From: a virus
DNA: 64,000 nucleotides
Direction: 5' to 3' (one strand)
IMG/VR virus record: IMGVR_UViG_3300042197_002234
Coordinates: 32,001-96,000 of that record
Below the pieces are notes generated by a model. The model did no database searches, had not been told where the DNA came from, and saw only the letters and a list, made by a program, of their open reading frames with translations. Below, one piece after another: positions 8,766 to 18,839 of this stretch (position 1 is its first letter; each line of letters begins with the position of its first letter). The translations under genes were made by a program, and so were the position numbers.

Positions 8766-11700
8766 ATAATGGGTCATTACATTCGTTATAAACTAATGTG
8801 TATGTAAAATATCTAGGACCCGCATTAGTACCATCTGAGTTAAAACCAACTATAATGTTTGTGTTACATTCAAGTATTTCGTCCTGTAATGTAAGGGTAA
8901 AACAAGCCACGCCAGCGGCGTTAAATGAGGTAACATCACTTGCTATTTCAGTTATAGTAAATGTAGATGATGTTAAATCATCACATTCGTATTTAAAAAG
9001 ATATGCGGTTACACTATTAGCCAAACCATCAACAGGACTTGTTACAGTACCACACAATTTTATAGTTCCAGAACTTAACATGTCGATAGGTACTGGTACA
9101 CCTATAAATCCTTGTGTTCTGGTATCGAAGGGTGATATTCCATCCCAAGCGATATCCCAAGGACATCCATTCCAACCACAAGTATTATTGGCGATGTAAA
9201 CGTCAGTATCATTAGGTCCTTGTGTCCAACTACCTGAATTTGATGCTAATAAAAATTGTCTTTTAATGTTAATTGTTGCATCACCTGTAGTGCCTTCAAC
9301 AATACCACAAGACCCCGCAACTGTTAAACCTGTGACACTAGTTACCGTAGTAGCACCATCGGTGACAGTTAAAGAACCACCACCACTTGATGTACCCGAA
9401 CTACCCGAGGTTCCTGATGAACCTGTTTGACCTGCAGTACCTGAACTACCTGAACTACCACTTGAACCTGAGGTACCGCTAGCCCCACTAACACCACTTG
9501 TGCCCGCAGTTCCATTAGCTCCGCTAGTACCTGAAGTTCCTTTAGTTCCTGAGGTTCCACTAGACCCTGAAGTACCCGAACTACCTGAAGAACCACTTGA
9601 ACCTGATGTTCCACTTGTTCCTGAAGTACCGTTAACTCCTGAAGTACCACTTGTACCATTAACTCCTGAAGTACCACTTGTACCAATCGAACCATCACAA
9701 CCATTACAACATACTTTGAAACATAATACATCACCATAAGAGAATGGACTTGCGGAACTTGAAGATGCGAATATCGGACCTTCAATAAAGAAGGAAGTAG
9801 AATTCAATCTTCCAACACCAGACCAATCTGAATAGTGTACAAATTTTGTTGGGTCTGCTTGATTATATATTGTTAAATTTCCACCACAAATACATTTGTT
9901 GAAAACTTCATATTGATTTACACCATTGTTATCAAAATCATAGAAGTGTAAATATGTTGCTGCCGATACAGTTAACGTAGTTGCTGAAGAACCTGTGATA
10001 AACGCAAATTCACCATTAGAATCAGGAGTACTATCGTTTGTTAACGTATATGGTAAACAATAAGCTGATACCCCACTAGTTCCTGATGTTCCACTTGTTC
10101 CTGAACTACCTGACGTTCCTCTAGTTCCTGATGTTCCTGAAGAGCCGCTGCTGCCACTTGAGCCCGAAGAACCCGACGTTCCACTTGTTCCTGATGAACC
10201 ACTTGAACCTGAACTACCTGATGTTCCACTTGAACCTGAAGAACCTGAACTTCCTGATGAACCACTGCTACCACTAGTACCAGATGTACCCGAACTACCT
10301 GATGAACCACTTGAACCTGAAGAACCGCTACTTCCACTTGTGCCTGATGTACCTGAGCTACCTGATGTTCCGCTAGTTCCTGAACTACCTGATGAGCCGC
10401 TTGAACCTGACGAACCACTAGTGCCTGATGTTCCTGAAGAACCACTACTTCCACTAGAACCTGAACTTCCTGAAGAACCACTTGTGCCCGAAGTACCACT
10501 ACTTCCGCTAGACCCTGAACTTCCGCTCGAACCTGAAGTACCCGAAGAACCGCTACTACCGCTTGTTCCTGATGTTCCACTTGAGCCTGACGTTCCGCTA
10601 GTCCCTGAAGAACCACTTATACCTGAAGTTCCTGAACTACCTGATGTTCCTGAAGAGCCAGATGACCCCGAAGAACCTGAGCTACCTGATGAACCGCTAG
10701 ACCCACTTGTACCCGCAGTCCCTGAACTTCCTGATGTTCCACTTGTTCCTGATGAGCCACTTGTACCGCTCGAACCTGAGGAACCACTATTTCCACTTGA
10801 ACCCGACGTTCCACTTGTTCCTGAAGAACCACTACTACCGCTTGAGCCCGAGCTACCTGAAGTACCACTAGTTCCTGAACTTCCTGAAGAGCCGCTACTA
10901 CCACTTGACCCTGAAGAACCGCTACTACCGCTTGTTCCTGAAGTTCCACTATTTCCTGAAGAACCACTTGAACCACTACTACCGCTAGAACCCGATGTTC
11001 CACTAGTTCCTGAACTTCCTGAAGAGCCGCTACTACCACTTGACCCTGATGTTCCGCTAGTCCCTGAAGAACCTGAAGTACCACTTGTACCACTAGTTCC
11101 CGAACTACCTGATGAACCACTACTACCGCTAGAACCTGATGAACCGCTAGTTCCACTTGAACCTGAAGAGCCAGAACTTCCTGAAGAACCACTACTACCG
11201 CTCGAACCTGAACTACCTGATGTCCCACTTGTACCTGAAGAACCGCTTGTACCTGACGTGCCGCTTGAGCCTGATGACCCACTACTTCCTGAACTACCGC
11301 TAGAACCTGAAGTTCCTGAACTGCCAGAAGAACCACTACTACCGCTAGAACCTGAAGTTCCTGAAGAACCTGATGTTCCGCTAGTACCTGATGACCCTGA
11401 ACTTCCACTACTACCTGAAGAACCGCTTGTACCGCTAGTACCCGAACTACCTGAAGTTCCACTTGTTCCTGATGACCCTGAACTTCCACTACTACCGCTA
11501 GAACCTGATGTTCCACTAGTTCCCGAAGAGCCGCTTGTACCGCTTGTTCCTGAACTACCCGAAGAACCACTACTACCGCTTGAGCCCGAGCTACCTGAAG
11601 TTCCGCTTGTTCCTGACGAGCCGCTACTACCCGAACTTCCACTACTACCCGATGTTCCACTCGTTCCTGATGAGCCACTTGTGCCACTAGAACCTGAGCT

Positions 11701-14700
11701 ACCTGAAGAACCGCTAATTCCACTTGTTCCCGAAGAACCTGAACTTCCTGAAGAACCACTACTTCCTGATGTACCGCTAGTACCGCTAGTACCTGAACTA
11801 CCGCTAGAACCTGAACTTCCTGAAGAACCGCTGCTACCACTAGAGCCTGATGTGCCGCTAGTTCCCGAACTTCCACTTGTACCGCTAGTTCCTGAAGAAC
11901 CTGAACTACCACTAGAACCCGAAGCACCGCTTGTACCTGATGAGCCGCTTGAACCTGAAGAGCCTGATGAACCACTACTACCGCTAGTTCCTGATGTACC
12001 ACTTGACCCACTACTACCGCTTGAACCTGAACTTCCTGATGAGCCTGATGTACCGCTTGTTCCTGAAGAACCACTTGAGCCTGAACTTCCCGATGAACCA
12101 CTACTACCGCTAGTTCCTGATGAGCCACTACTACCACTTGTACCAGATGTACCTGAACTTCCTGAAGTACCACTAGTTCCTGATGTTCCCGAACTACCAC
12201 TCGTACCCGAACTTCCTGAAGAACCGCTAGTACCTGCAGTACCTGAAGAACCCGATGTTCCACTTGAACCTGAGCTACCTGATGAACCGCTACTACCGCT
12301 AGTTCCTGATGAACCACTAGTACCGCTAGTACCTGAACTACCGCTTGAACCTGAAGAACCACTACTTCCACTTGTGCCGCTAGTACCTACAGTTCCTGAT
12401 GAACCACTAGTACCGCTAGTACCTGAACTACCGCTTGAACCTGAAGAACCACTACTTCCACTAGTACCCGAAGTACCTGAACTTCCTGATGTACCGCTTG
12501 AGCCTGAACTACCCGATGTTCCACTAGTTCCTGAAGAACCACTAGACCCTGAACTACCTGAAGTTCCGCTAGTTCCTGAAGAACCTGATGTTCCGCTAGT
12601 TCCTGAAGAACCACTAGACCCTGAACTACCTGAAGTTCCGCTAGTTCCACTTGAGCCTGATGACCCTGAACTTCCACTACTACCTGAAGAACCACTTGTA
12701 CCGCTAGTACCCGAACTACCTGAAGTTCCACTTGTTCCTGAAGAGCCTGATGAACCACTACTACCGCTTGAGCCCGAGCTACCTGAAGAGCCGCTTGTTC
12801 CTGCAGTTCCTGAACTACCTGAAGAACCACTACTACCTGATGTTCCACTAGTTCCTGATGAACCACTTGTACCGCTAGTTCCACTTGAACCACTACTACC
12901 TGAAGTACCTGAAGAGCCACTAGACCCTGAACTTCCGCTACTACCGCTTGAACCCGATGTTCCACTTGTACCGCTAGTTCCTGATGTTCCTGAAGAACCT
13001 GATGTTCCGCTTGTTCCTGAACTACCTGATGAACCACTACTACCACTAGTCCCTGAAGTACCACTAGTTCCTGAAGTACCACTAGTTCCCGAACTTCCTG
13101 AAGACCCTGATGTTCCGCTAGTACCTACAGTACCTGATGTTCCTGAAGAACCACTTGTACCGCTTGTACCTGACGAACCACTAGACCCACTAGAACCTGA
13201 ACTACCACTTGTTCCTGAACTTCCTGAAGTCCCACTAGTACCTGATGAACCTGATGTTCCACTAGTTCCACTTGAACCTGAACTTCCTGAAGAGCCACTT
13301 GTACCGCTAGTTCCTGATGTTCCACTAGACCCTGAACTTCCTGATGAACCCGAAGTTCCACTAGTTCCTACAGTACCACTACTTCCGCTAGACCCTGAAC
13401 TTCCGCTCGAACCTGAAGTACCCGAAGAACCGCTACTACCGCTTGTTCCTGATGTACCTGACGAGCCTGATGTTCCACTAGACCCTGAACTTCCTGAAGT
13501 CCCACTAGTACCAGAACTTCCTGATGTTCCGCTAGTTCCTGAACTACCGCTTGTTCCTGATGTACCTGACGAGCCTGATGTTCCACTAGACCCTGAACTT
13601 CCTGATGTTCCGCTAGTACCACTTGTACCCACAGTTCCTGAGCTTCCTGACGTACCGCTTGAGCCTGAGCTTCCTGAAGTCCCACTAGTACCAGAACTTC
13701 CTGATGTTCCGCTAGTTCCTGATGAACCGCTTGAACCTGAGCTACCTGAAGAACCTGATGTTCCACTTGTACCCGAACTTCCTGAAGACCCTGAACTTCC
13801 ACTACTACCGCTAGAACCTGATGTTCCACTAGTTCCCGAAGAGCCGCTTGTACCGCTTGTTCCTGAAGTTCCACTTGAACCTGAAGTACCGCTAGAACCA
13901 GAAGAGCCGCTACTACCACTAGAACCTGATGTTCCACTTGTACCCGCAGTACCTGAGCTTCCTGATGAACCGCTACTACCTGATGAGCCACTTGTACCGC
14001 TTGTTCCTGAACTACCCGAAGAACCACTACTACCGCTAGAACCTGATGTTCCACTTGTACCCGAAGTACCTGAGCTTCCTGACGTTCCACTAGTTCCCGA
14101 AGAACCACTAGACCCTGAAGAGCCTGAACTACCTGAAGTTCCACTAGTTCCTGATGAGCCACTTGTGCCCGAAGTTCCACTTGAACCTGAACTTCCTGAT
14201 GAACCGCTACTACCTGATGTCCCACTTGTACCTGAAGAACCACTAGTTCCTGATGAACCACTACTACCACTTGTACCAGATGTACCTGAACTACCACTTG
14301 TACCTGATGTTCCTGAAGAACCGCTTGACCCTGAAGAACCTGAGCTACCTGAAGTTCCGCTTGTTCCCGAAGAGCCTGATGTACCACTTGTGCCTGAAGT
14401 TCCACTTGAACCTGAACTTCCTGATGAACCTGACGTACCGCTAGTTCCTGAAGAACCACTACTTCCGCTTGAACCTGAGGTTCCACTTGTACCTACAGTC
14501 CCTGATGTACCTGAACTACCTGATGTTCCGCTACTTCCACTAGAACCTGAACTTCCGCTTGTTCCTGATGTTCCTGAACTACCACTTGTACCGCTAGTTC
14601 CTGATGAACCACTTGAACCCGAACTTCCTGATGAACCACTACTACCGCTAGTACCATTAGTTCCACTTGTTCCCGAAGAACCTGATGTTCCACTTGACCC

Positions 14701-17700
14701 ACTACTACCACTTGTACCTGATGTTCCTGAAGAACCGCTTGACCCTGAAGAACCTGAGCTACCTGAAGTTCCGCTTGTACCGCTTGTTCCCGAACTTCCT
14801 GATGTACCGCTAGTTCCTGAAGAACCACTTGTTCCTGAAGTTCCACTTGAACCTGAACTTCCTGATGAGCCACTACTACCGCTTGAACCTGAGGAACCGC
14901 TACTACCGCTAGTTCCTGATGAACCACTACTTCCACTAGAACCTGATGTTCCGCTAGTACCTGAACTACCGCTCGAGCCTGATGTACCGCTAGTACCCGA
15001 ACTACCTGATGAACCACTACTACCACTTGAACCTGAGCTACCTGATGTTCCGCTAGTTCCAGAAGAACCACTAGACCCTGAACTTCCACTACTTCCTGAT
15101 GAACCTGATGTTCCACTAGTACCTACAGTCCCACTTGAGCCAGATGTACCCGAACTACCTGACGAACCACTAGAACCTGAACTACCACTTGTTCCGCTAG
15201 TTCCTGATGTTCCACTTGTTCCTGAAGTCCCACTAGTACCTGATGAACCTGATGTTCCACTTGTTCCCGAAGAGCCTGATGTACCACTTGAGCCTGAACT
15301 ACCAGAAGACCCCGATGTACCACTACTTCCACTTGTGCCGCTAGTTCCTGATGAACCATCTGTTCCACTAGTACCTGAGCTACCTGAAGTGCCGCTAGTT
15401 CCTGATGAACCACTTGACCCTGATGTTCCGCTAGTTCCTGAAGTTCCGCTAATACCCGAAGTACCACTTGTACCGCTAGTACCTGATGTTCCTGAAGAAC
15501 CATCAGTTCCACTTGTTCCTGAAGTACCACTACTACCATCTGTTCCTGATGTTCCACTTGACCCTGATGTACCCGAAGTTCCTGAGCTACCATCAGTACC
15601 TGAAGTTCCGCTTGAACCCGATGTTCCTGATGAACCACTAGTTCCTGATGAACCACTAGTTCCTGATGAACCACTAGTTCCGCTAGTTCCTGATGAGCCA
15701 TCAGTACCACTACTACCGTCTGTACCACTAGAACCTGATGTTCCGTTAGTTCCACTTGTACCATTACTACCGTCAGTACCTGAACTCCCACTAGAACCTG
15801 ATGTTCCGCTAGTTCCACTTGTACCATTACTACCGTCAGTACCTGAAGTTCCGCTTGTTCCCGAACTACCACTAGTACCTGATGTTCCACTAGTTCCTGA
15901 CGAACCACTGCTACCACTAGTACCTGATGTGCCATTACTACCATCAGTTCCTGATGAACCTGAAGTTCCACTAGTTCCGCTACTACCATCTGTTCCGCTT
16001 GTTCCTGAAGTACCGCTTGAACCTGATGTTCCACTTGTTCCTGAAGTACCGCTTGAACCTGAAGTTCCACTTGTTCCTGAAGAACCTGAGGTACCACTAC
16101 TTCCGTCAGTACCGCTACTACCATCTGTTCCGCTTGTTCCCGATGAACCACTTATACCTGAAGTACCGCTACTACCATCTGTTCCACTAGTTCCTGAAGT
16201 ACCACTACTACCATCAGTTCCGCTAGTTCCACTTGTTCCTGATGAACCATCTGTTCCGCTAGTTCCGCTTGAACCTGAAGTTCCGCTAGTTCCCGAAGAA
16301 CCTGATGTACCACTAGTACCACTACTACCATCTGTTCCTGATGTACCACTAGTTCCTGAAGTACCATTACTTCCATCAGTTCCGCTTGAACCTGATGTAC
16401 CACTTGTTCCTTTAGAACCATTTACACCGCTAATACCTGAAGAACCTGATGTACCATTAGTTCCTGAAGTTCCACTTGTTCCTGATGAACCATCTGTTCC
16501 GCTAGTTCCACTTGAACCATCTGTTCCGCTAGTTCCACTTGTTCCTGATGAACCGCTTGTTCCTGAGGTTCCACTTGTTCCAGAACTTCCATCAGTACCA
16601 CTTGTTCCTGAAGTTCCTGATGAACCATCTGTTCCGCTAGTACCTGATGTTCCTGAAGAGCCATCCGTTCCGCTATTACCCGAAGTTCCCGATGAACCAT
16701 CTGTTCCTGAATTTCCGCTAGTTCCCGATGAACCATCTGTTCCTGAAGTTCCGCTAGTTCCGCTTGAACCATCTGTTCCTGAAGTTCCGCTAGTTCCGCT
16801 TGAACCATCCGTACCTGAAGTTCCACTAGTTCCCGATGAACCATCTGTACCTGAAGTTCCACTAGTTCCCGATGAACCATCCGTTCCGCTAGTACCCGAA
16901 GTTCCCGATGAACCATCCGTTCCGCTAGTACCACTAGTTCCTGATGAACCATCTGTTCCGCTAGTACCACTAGTTCCTGATGAACCATCTGTTCCTGACG
17001 TACCACTAGTTCCTGATGAACCATCTGTTCCACTGGTTCCTGAAGAACCGCTTGTCCCACTACTACCATCCGTACCTGAACTACCACTTGTTCCTGAAGT
17101 GCCGCTACTACCATCAGTACCTGAAGTTCCACTAGTACCACTTGAGCCATCAGTACCTGATGAACCATCCGTACCACTAGTACCACTAGTTCCTGAAGTT
17201 CCGCTTGAACCTGATGTTCCACTAGTTCCTGAAGTACCATTACTTCCGTCAGTTCCGCTTGAACCTGATGTTCCACTAGTTCCTGAACTTCCATCAGTAC
17301 CACTTGTTCCTGAAGAACCATCAGTTCCGCTAGTACCTGAAGTTCCACTTGTTCCTGAAGAACCGTCTGTCCCACTAAAACCACTTGTCCCTGAAGTTCC
17401 ATTTGAACCATCTGTACCTGAAGTACCACTTGTTCCTGAAGAACCACTAGTACCCGAAGAACCGTCAGTTCCGCTTGAACCTGATGTGCCGCTACTACCA
17501 TCAGTCCCTGAACTACCATCAGTCCCTGAACTACCATCAGTCCCTGAACTACCATCAGTCCCTGAACTACCTGACGTACCACTAGTTCCTGATGTACCAT
17601 TAGAACCATCCACACCACTTATTCCTGAAGAACCTGAAGAACCACTTGTTCCTGAAGAACCGTTTGTCCCACTAGAACCACTTGTCCCTGAACTTCCATC

Positions 17701-18795
17701 TGTACCACTAGAACCACTTGTCCCTGAACTTCCATCTGTACCACTAGTACCACTTGTTCCTGAAGAACCGTCTGTTCCACTCGAGCCACTTGTTCCTGAA
17801 GAACCGTCTGTTCCACTAGAGCCACTTGTGCCTGAACTTCCATCTGTTCCTGACGAACCATCAGTACCTGAACTTCCACTTGTCCCTGAACTTCCATCCG
17901 TACCTGATGAACCATCAGTACCTGAACTTCCTGAAGAACCACTAGTTCCTGAACTACCATCAGTACCTGAACTTCCATCAGTTCCGCTTGTACCTGAAGA
18001 ACCACTTGTACCTGAAGAACCACTTGTACCTGAACTTCCGCTTGTTCCTGATGAACCTGAAGTTCCTGATGAACCACTTGAGCCTGAACTTCCTGATGTA
18101 CCTGAACTTCCTGATGTACCGCTAGTTCCTGATGACCCACTTGAACCTGAAGTTCCGCTTGTTCCTGAACTACCATCTTGACCGCTAGTCCCTGATGTAC
18201 CATCTTGACCGCTAGTACCTGAACTACCATTTGTACCTGAAGACCCACTACTTCCGCTAGACCCTGAACTACCGCTACTACCTGAACTACCGCTACTACC
18301 TGAACTTCCTGAAGTTCCACTAGTACCTGAACTACCATCTTGACCGCTAGTCCCTGATGTGCCATCTTGACCGCTAGTACCTGAACTACCTGGAGAGCCA
18401 GTACCGCTTGTTCCCGAAGACCCACTACTACCTGGAGAGCCAGTACCGCTTGTTCCCGAAGACCCACTACTACCTGAAGTTCCTGACGAACCACTATTTC
18501 CACTTAAACCTGAACTACCTGAAGTACCGCTACTACCCGAAGACCCACTTGTACCTGAACTACCATCAGTACCTGATGTGCCATCAACACCACTTGTTCC
18601 TGAGCTACCGTCAATACCACTTGTTCCTGAAGTTCCACCTAAAGCCAAAGCATCTGCAACTTGTTTTATGGTTGCTTTATATGATGAGCCTGCAGGATTT
18701 TGGGAAGTGTCCCCTGTTATTACTATGTGGATTACGTCGTTTTCCGAAACTCCTGTTGCTAGTACCCTGTCTGTAAGTCTTTGATAATTCGGCAT
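8764..18795 (-). CDS. Giant (3343 aa) Gly-X-Y Ser/Thr-rich repeat protein, probable virion fibre or appendage
   Basis: ATG at 18795, TAA at 8764-8766. About 50 aa of unique N-terminus, about 2850 aa of GSS/GTS/GTD triplets, a Cys-containing domain, a second short triplet run and about 200 aa of globular C-terminus. TATTTATA motif 12 nt upstream. Confidence 0.9.
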   Translation of the reverse strand: MPNYQRLTDRVLATGVSENDVIHIVITGDTSQNPAGSSYKATIKQVADALALGGTSGTSGIDGSSGTSGVDGTSGTDGSSGTSGSSGSSGTSGSSGLSGNSGSSGTSGSSGSSGTSGTGSPGSSGSSGTSGTGSPGSSGTSGQDGTSGTSGQDGSSGTSGTSGSSGSSGSSGSSGSSGSSGSSGSSGTNGSSGTSGQDGTSGTSGQDGSSGTSGTSGSSGSSGTSGTSGSSGTSGSSGSSGSSGTSGSSGTSGSSGTSGSSGTSGSSGTSGTDGSSGTDGSSGTSGSSGSSGTDGSSGTDGSSGTSGSSGTDGSSGTDGSSGTSGSSGTDGSSGTSGSSGTDGSSGTSGTSGTDGSSGTSGSSGTDGSSGTSGSSGTNGSSGTSGSSGSSGISGVDGSNGTSGTSGTSGSSGTDGSSGTDGSSGTDGSSGTDGSSGTSGSSGTDGSSGTSGSSGTSGTSGTDGSNGTSGTSGFSGTDGSSGTSGTSGTSGTDGSSGTSGTDGSSGTSGTSGSSGTDGSNGTSGTSGTSGSSGTSGTSGTSGTDGSSGTDGSSGTSGTSGTDGSSGTSGTSGSSGTDGSSGTSGSSGTSGTDGSSGTSGTSGTDGSSGTSGTSGTDGSSGTSGTSGTDGSSGTSGTSGTDGSSGTSGTSGTDGSSGTSGTSGTDGSSGTSGTSGTDGSSGTSGTSGTDGSSGTSGNSGTDGSSGTSGNSGTDGSSGTSGTSGTDGSSGTSGTSGTDGSSGTSGTSGTSGSSGTSGTSGTDGSSGTSGTDGSSGTSGTSGTNGTSGSSGISGVNGSKGTSGTSGSSGTDGSNGTSGTSGTSGTDGSSGTSGTSGSSGTSGTSGSSGTSGTDGSSGTSGTSGTDGSSGTSGTSGTDGSSGTSGISGSSGTSGTDGSSGTDGSSGTSGSSGTSGTSGSSGTSGTSGTSGSSGTSGTSGTDGSSGTSGTSGSSGTDGSNGTSGTSGSSGSSGTSGTSGTSGSSGTSGTSGTDGSNGTSGTSGTSGSSGSSGTDGSNGTSGTNGTSGSSGTDGSSGTDGSSGTSGTSGSSGTSGSSGTSGSSGTSGSSGTSGTDGSSGTSGTSGSSGTSGTDGSSGTSGTSGTDGSSGTSGTSGTSGTSGISGTSGTSGTSGSSGSSGTSGTSGSSGTSGTDGSSGTSGTSGSSGTSGSSGSSGSSGTSGSSGTSGTSGSSGTSGTSGTSGTSGTSGTSGSSGSSGSSGSSGTSGSSGTVGTSGTSGSSGSSGSSGSSGSSGTSGTSGSSGSSGSSGSSGSSGTSGTSGSSGSSGTSGTSGSSGSSGSSGTSGSSGSSGSSGSSGSSGSSGSSGTSGTSGSSGTSGTSGSSGTSGTSGTSGSSGSSGSSGSSGTSGTSGSSGSSGTSGSSGTSGTNGTSGSSGSSGSSGSSGSSGTSGTSGSSGTSGTSGSSGSSGSSGTSGSSGTSGTVGTSGTSGSSGSSGSSGTSGTSGSSGSSGSSGTSGTSGTSGSSGTSGTSGSSGSSGSSGSSGTSGTSGSSGTSGTSGSSGSSGTSGSSGTSGTSGSSGSSGSSGSSGTSGTSGSSGTSGTSGSSGSSGSSGSSGTSGTSGSSGTSGTSGTSGSSGSSGSSGSSGTSGTSGSSGSSGSSGSSGTAGTSGTSGSSGSSGSSGSSGTSGSSGTSGTSGTSGSSGTSGTSGSSGSSGSSGSSGSSGTSGTSGSSGSSGSSGSSGTSGTSGSSGTSGTSGSSGSSGTSGSSGTVGTSGTSGTSGSSGSSGTSGSSGTSGTSGSSGTSGTSGSSGTSGTSGSSGSSGTSGSSGTSGTSGSSGSSGTSGSSGSSGSSGSSGTVGTSGTSGSSGSSGSSGTSGTSGTSGSSGSSGSSGTSGTSGSSGTSGTSGSSGTSGSSGSSGSSGSSGTSGTSGSSGTSGTVGTSGTSGSSGSSGTSGTSGTSGTSGTSGSSGSSGSSGTSGTSGSSGTSGTSGTSGTSGSSGSSGSSGSSGSSGTSGSSGSSGTSGTSGSSGTSGTSGSSGSSGSSGTAGTSGSSGSSGSSGSSGSSGSSGTSGTSGSSGTSGTSGSSGSSGSSGSSGSSGTSGTSGSSGSSGSSGTSGTSGSSGTSGTSGSSGSSGSSGTSGTSGSSGSSGTSGSSGTSGTSGSSGSSGSSGSSGTSGTSGSSGTVGTSGTSGSSGSSGSSGSSGTSGTSGSSGTSGSSGSSGSSGSSGTSGSSGTAGTSGSSGSSGTSGSSGTSGTSGTSGSSGTSGTSGSSGSSGTSGSSGSSGSSGSSGSSGTSGTSGSSGSSGSSGSSGSSGTSGTSGSSGSSGSSGSSGSSGTSGASGSSGSSGSSGTSGTSGSSGTSGTSGSSGSSGSSGSSGSSGSSGTSGTSGTSGSSGSSGSSGSSGTSGISGSSGSSGSSGTSGSSGTSGTSGSSGSSGSSGSSGTSGTSGSSGSSGSSGSSGSSGTSGTSGSSGTSGTSGSSGSSGSSGSSGTSGTSGSSGTSGTSGSSGSSGSSGSSGTSGTSGSSGTSGSSGSSGSSGSSGTSGSSGSSGSSGSSGSSGTSGTSGSSGTSGTSGSSGSSGSSGSSGSSGSSGSSGTSGSSGSSGSSGSSGSSGTSGTSGTSGSSGTSGTSGSSGSSGSSGSSGTSGTSGSSGSSGSSGSSGNSGTSGTSGSSGSSGSSGSSGSSGSSGTSGTSGSSGSSGSSGSSGTSGTSGSSGNSGSSGSSGTSGSSGTSGTSGSSGTAGTSGSSGSSGSSGSSGSSGSSGTSGSSGTSGISGSSGTSGTSGSSGTSGTSGSSGSSGTSGSSGSSGSSGSSGTSGTSGSSGSSGSSGSSGSSGTSGTSGSSGSSGSSGSSGTSGTSGSSGTSGTSGSSGSSGSSGSSGSSGTSGTSGSSGSSGSSGSSGSSGTSGSSGSSGSSGTSGTSGSSGSSGSSGSSGTSGTRGTSGSSGTSGTSGTSGVSAYCLPYTLTNDSTPDSNGEFAFITGSSATTLTVSAATYLHFYDFDNNGVNQYEVFNKCICGGNLTIYNQADPTKFVHYSDWSGVGRLNSTSFFIEGPIFASSSSASPFSYGDVLCFKVCCNGCDGSIGTSGTSGVNGTSGTSGVNGTSGTSGTSGSSGSSGSSGTSGSSGTSGTKGTSGTSGANGTAGTSGVSGASGTSGSSGSSGSSGTAGQTGSSGTSGSSGTSSGGGSLTVTDGATTVTSVTGLTVAGSCGIVEGTTGDATINIKRQFLLASNSGSWTQGPNDTDVYIANNTCGWNGCPWDIAWDGISPFDTRTQGFIGVPVPIDMLSSGTIKLCGTVTSPVDGLANSVTAYLFKYECDDLTSSTFTITEIASDVTSFNAAGVACFTLTLQDEILECNTNIIVGFNSDGTNAGPRYFTYTLVYNECNDPL
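10070..18630 (-). repeat. Degenerate 9-nt-period coding repeat (Gly-Ser/Thr-Ser/Asp triplets) with exact sub-duplications
   Basis: Gly at every third residue. Exact 84-nt copy at 10492-10575 = 13372-13455; 72-nt copy at 12301-12372 = 12391-12462; 42-nt tandem near 18390-18474. Confidence 0.95.
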
Positions 18796-18839
18796 TTTAT
18801 TTTATTCTATAAATATAAAAGGTATTGTTTTTAATGGTA

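Noticed and set aside
10340-18181. 2613-aa Pro/Glu/Leu/Val ORF on the + strand
   Set aside because: It is a shadow of the Gly/Ser/Thr gene. A stop in this offset antisense frame needs a sense codon starting TA or CA (Tyr, His, Gln), which the repeat lacks. The ORF ends exactly at a Gln codon (GQD near 18180).
9369-18503. Series of Val/Gln/Leu-rich minus-strand ORFs and short plus-strand ORFs inside the repeat
   Set aside because: These are alternative-frame read-outs of the same low-complexity repeat, with no independent start signals or domains.
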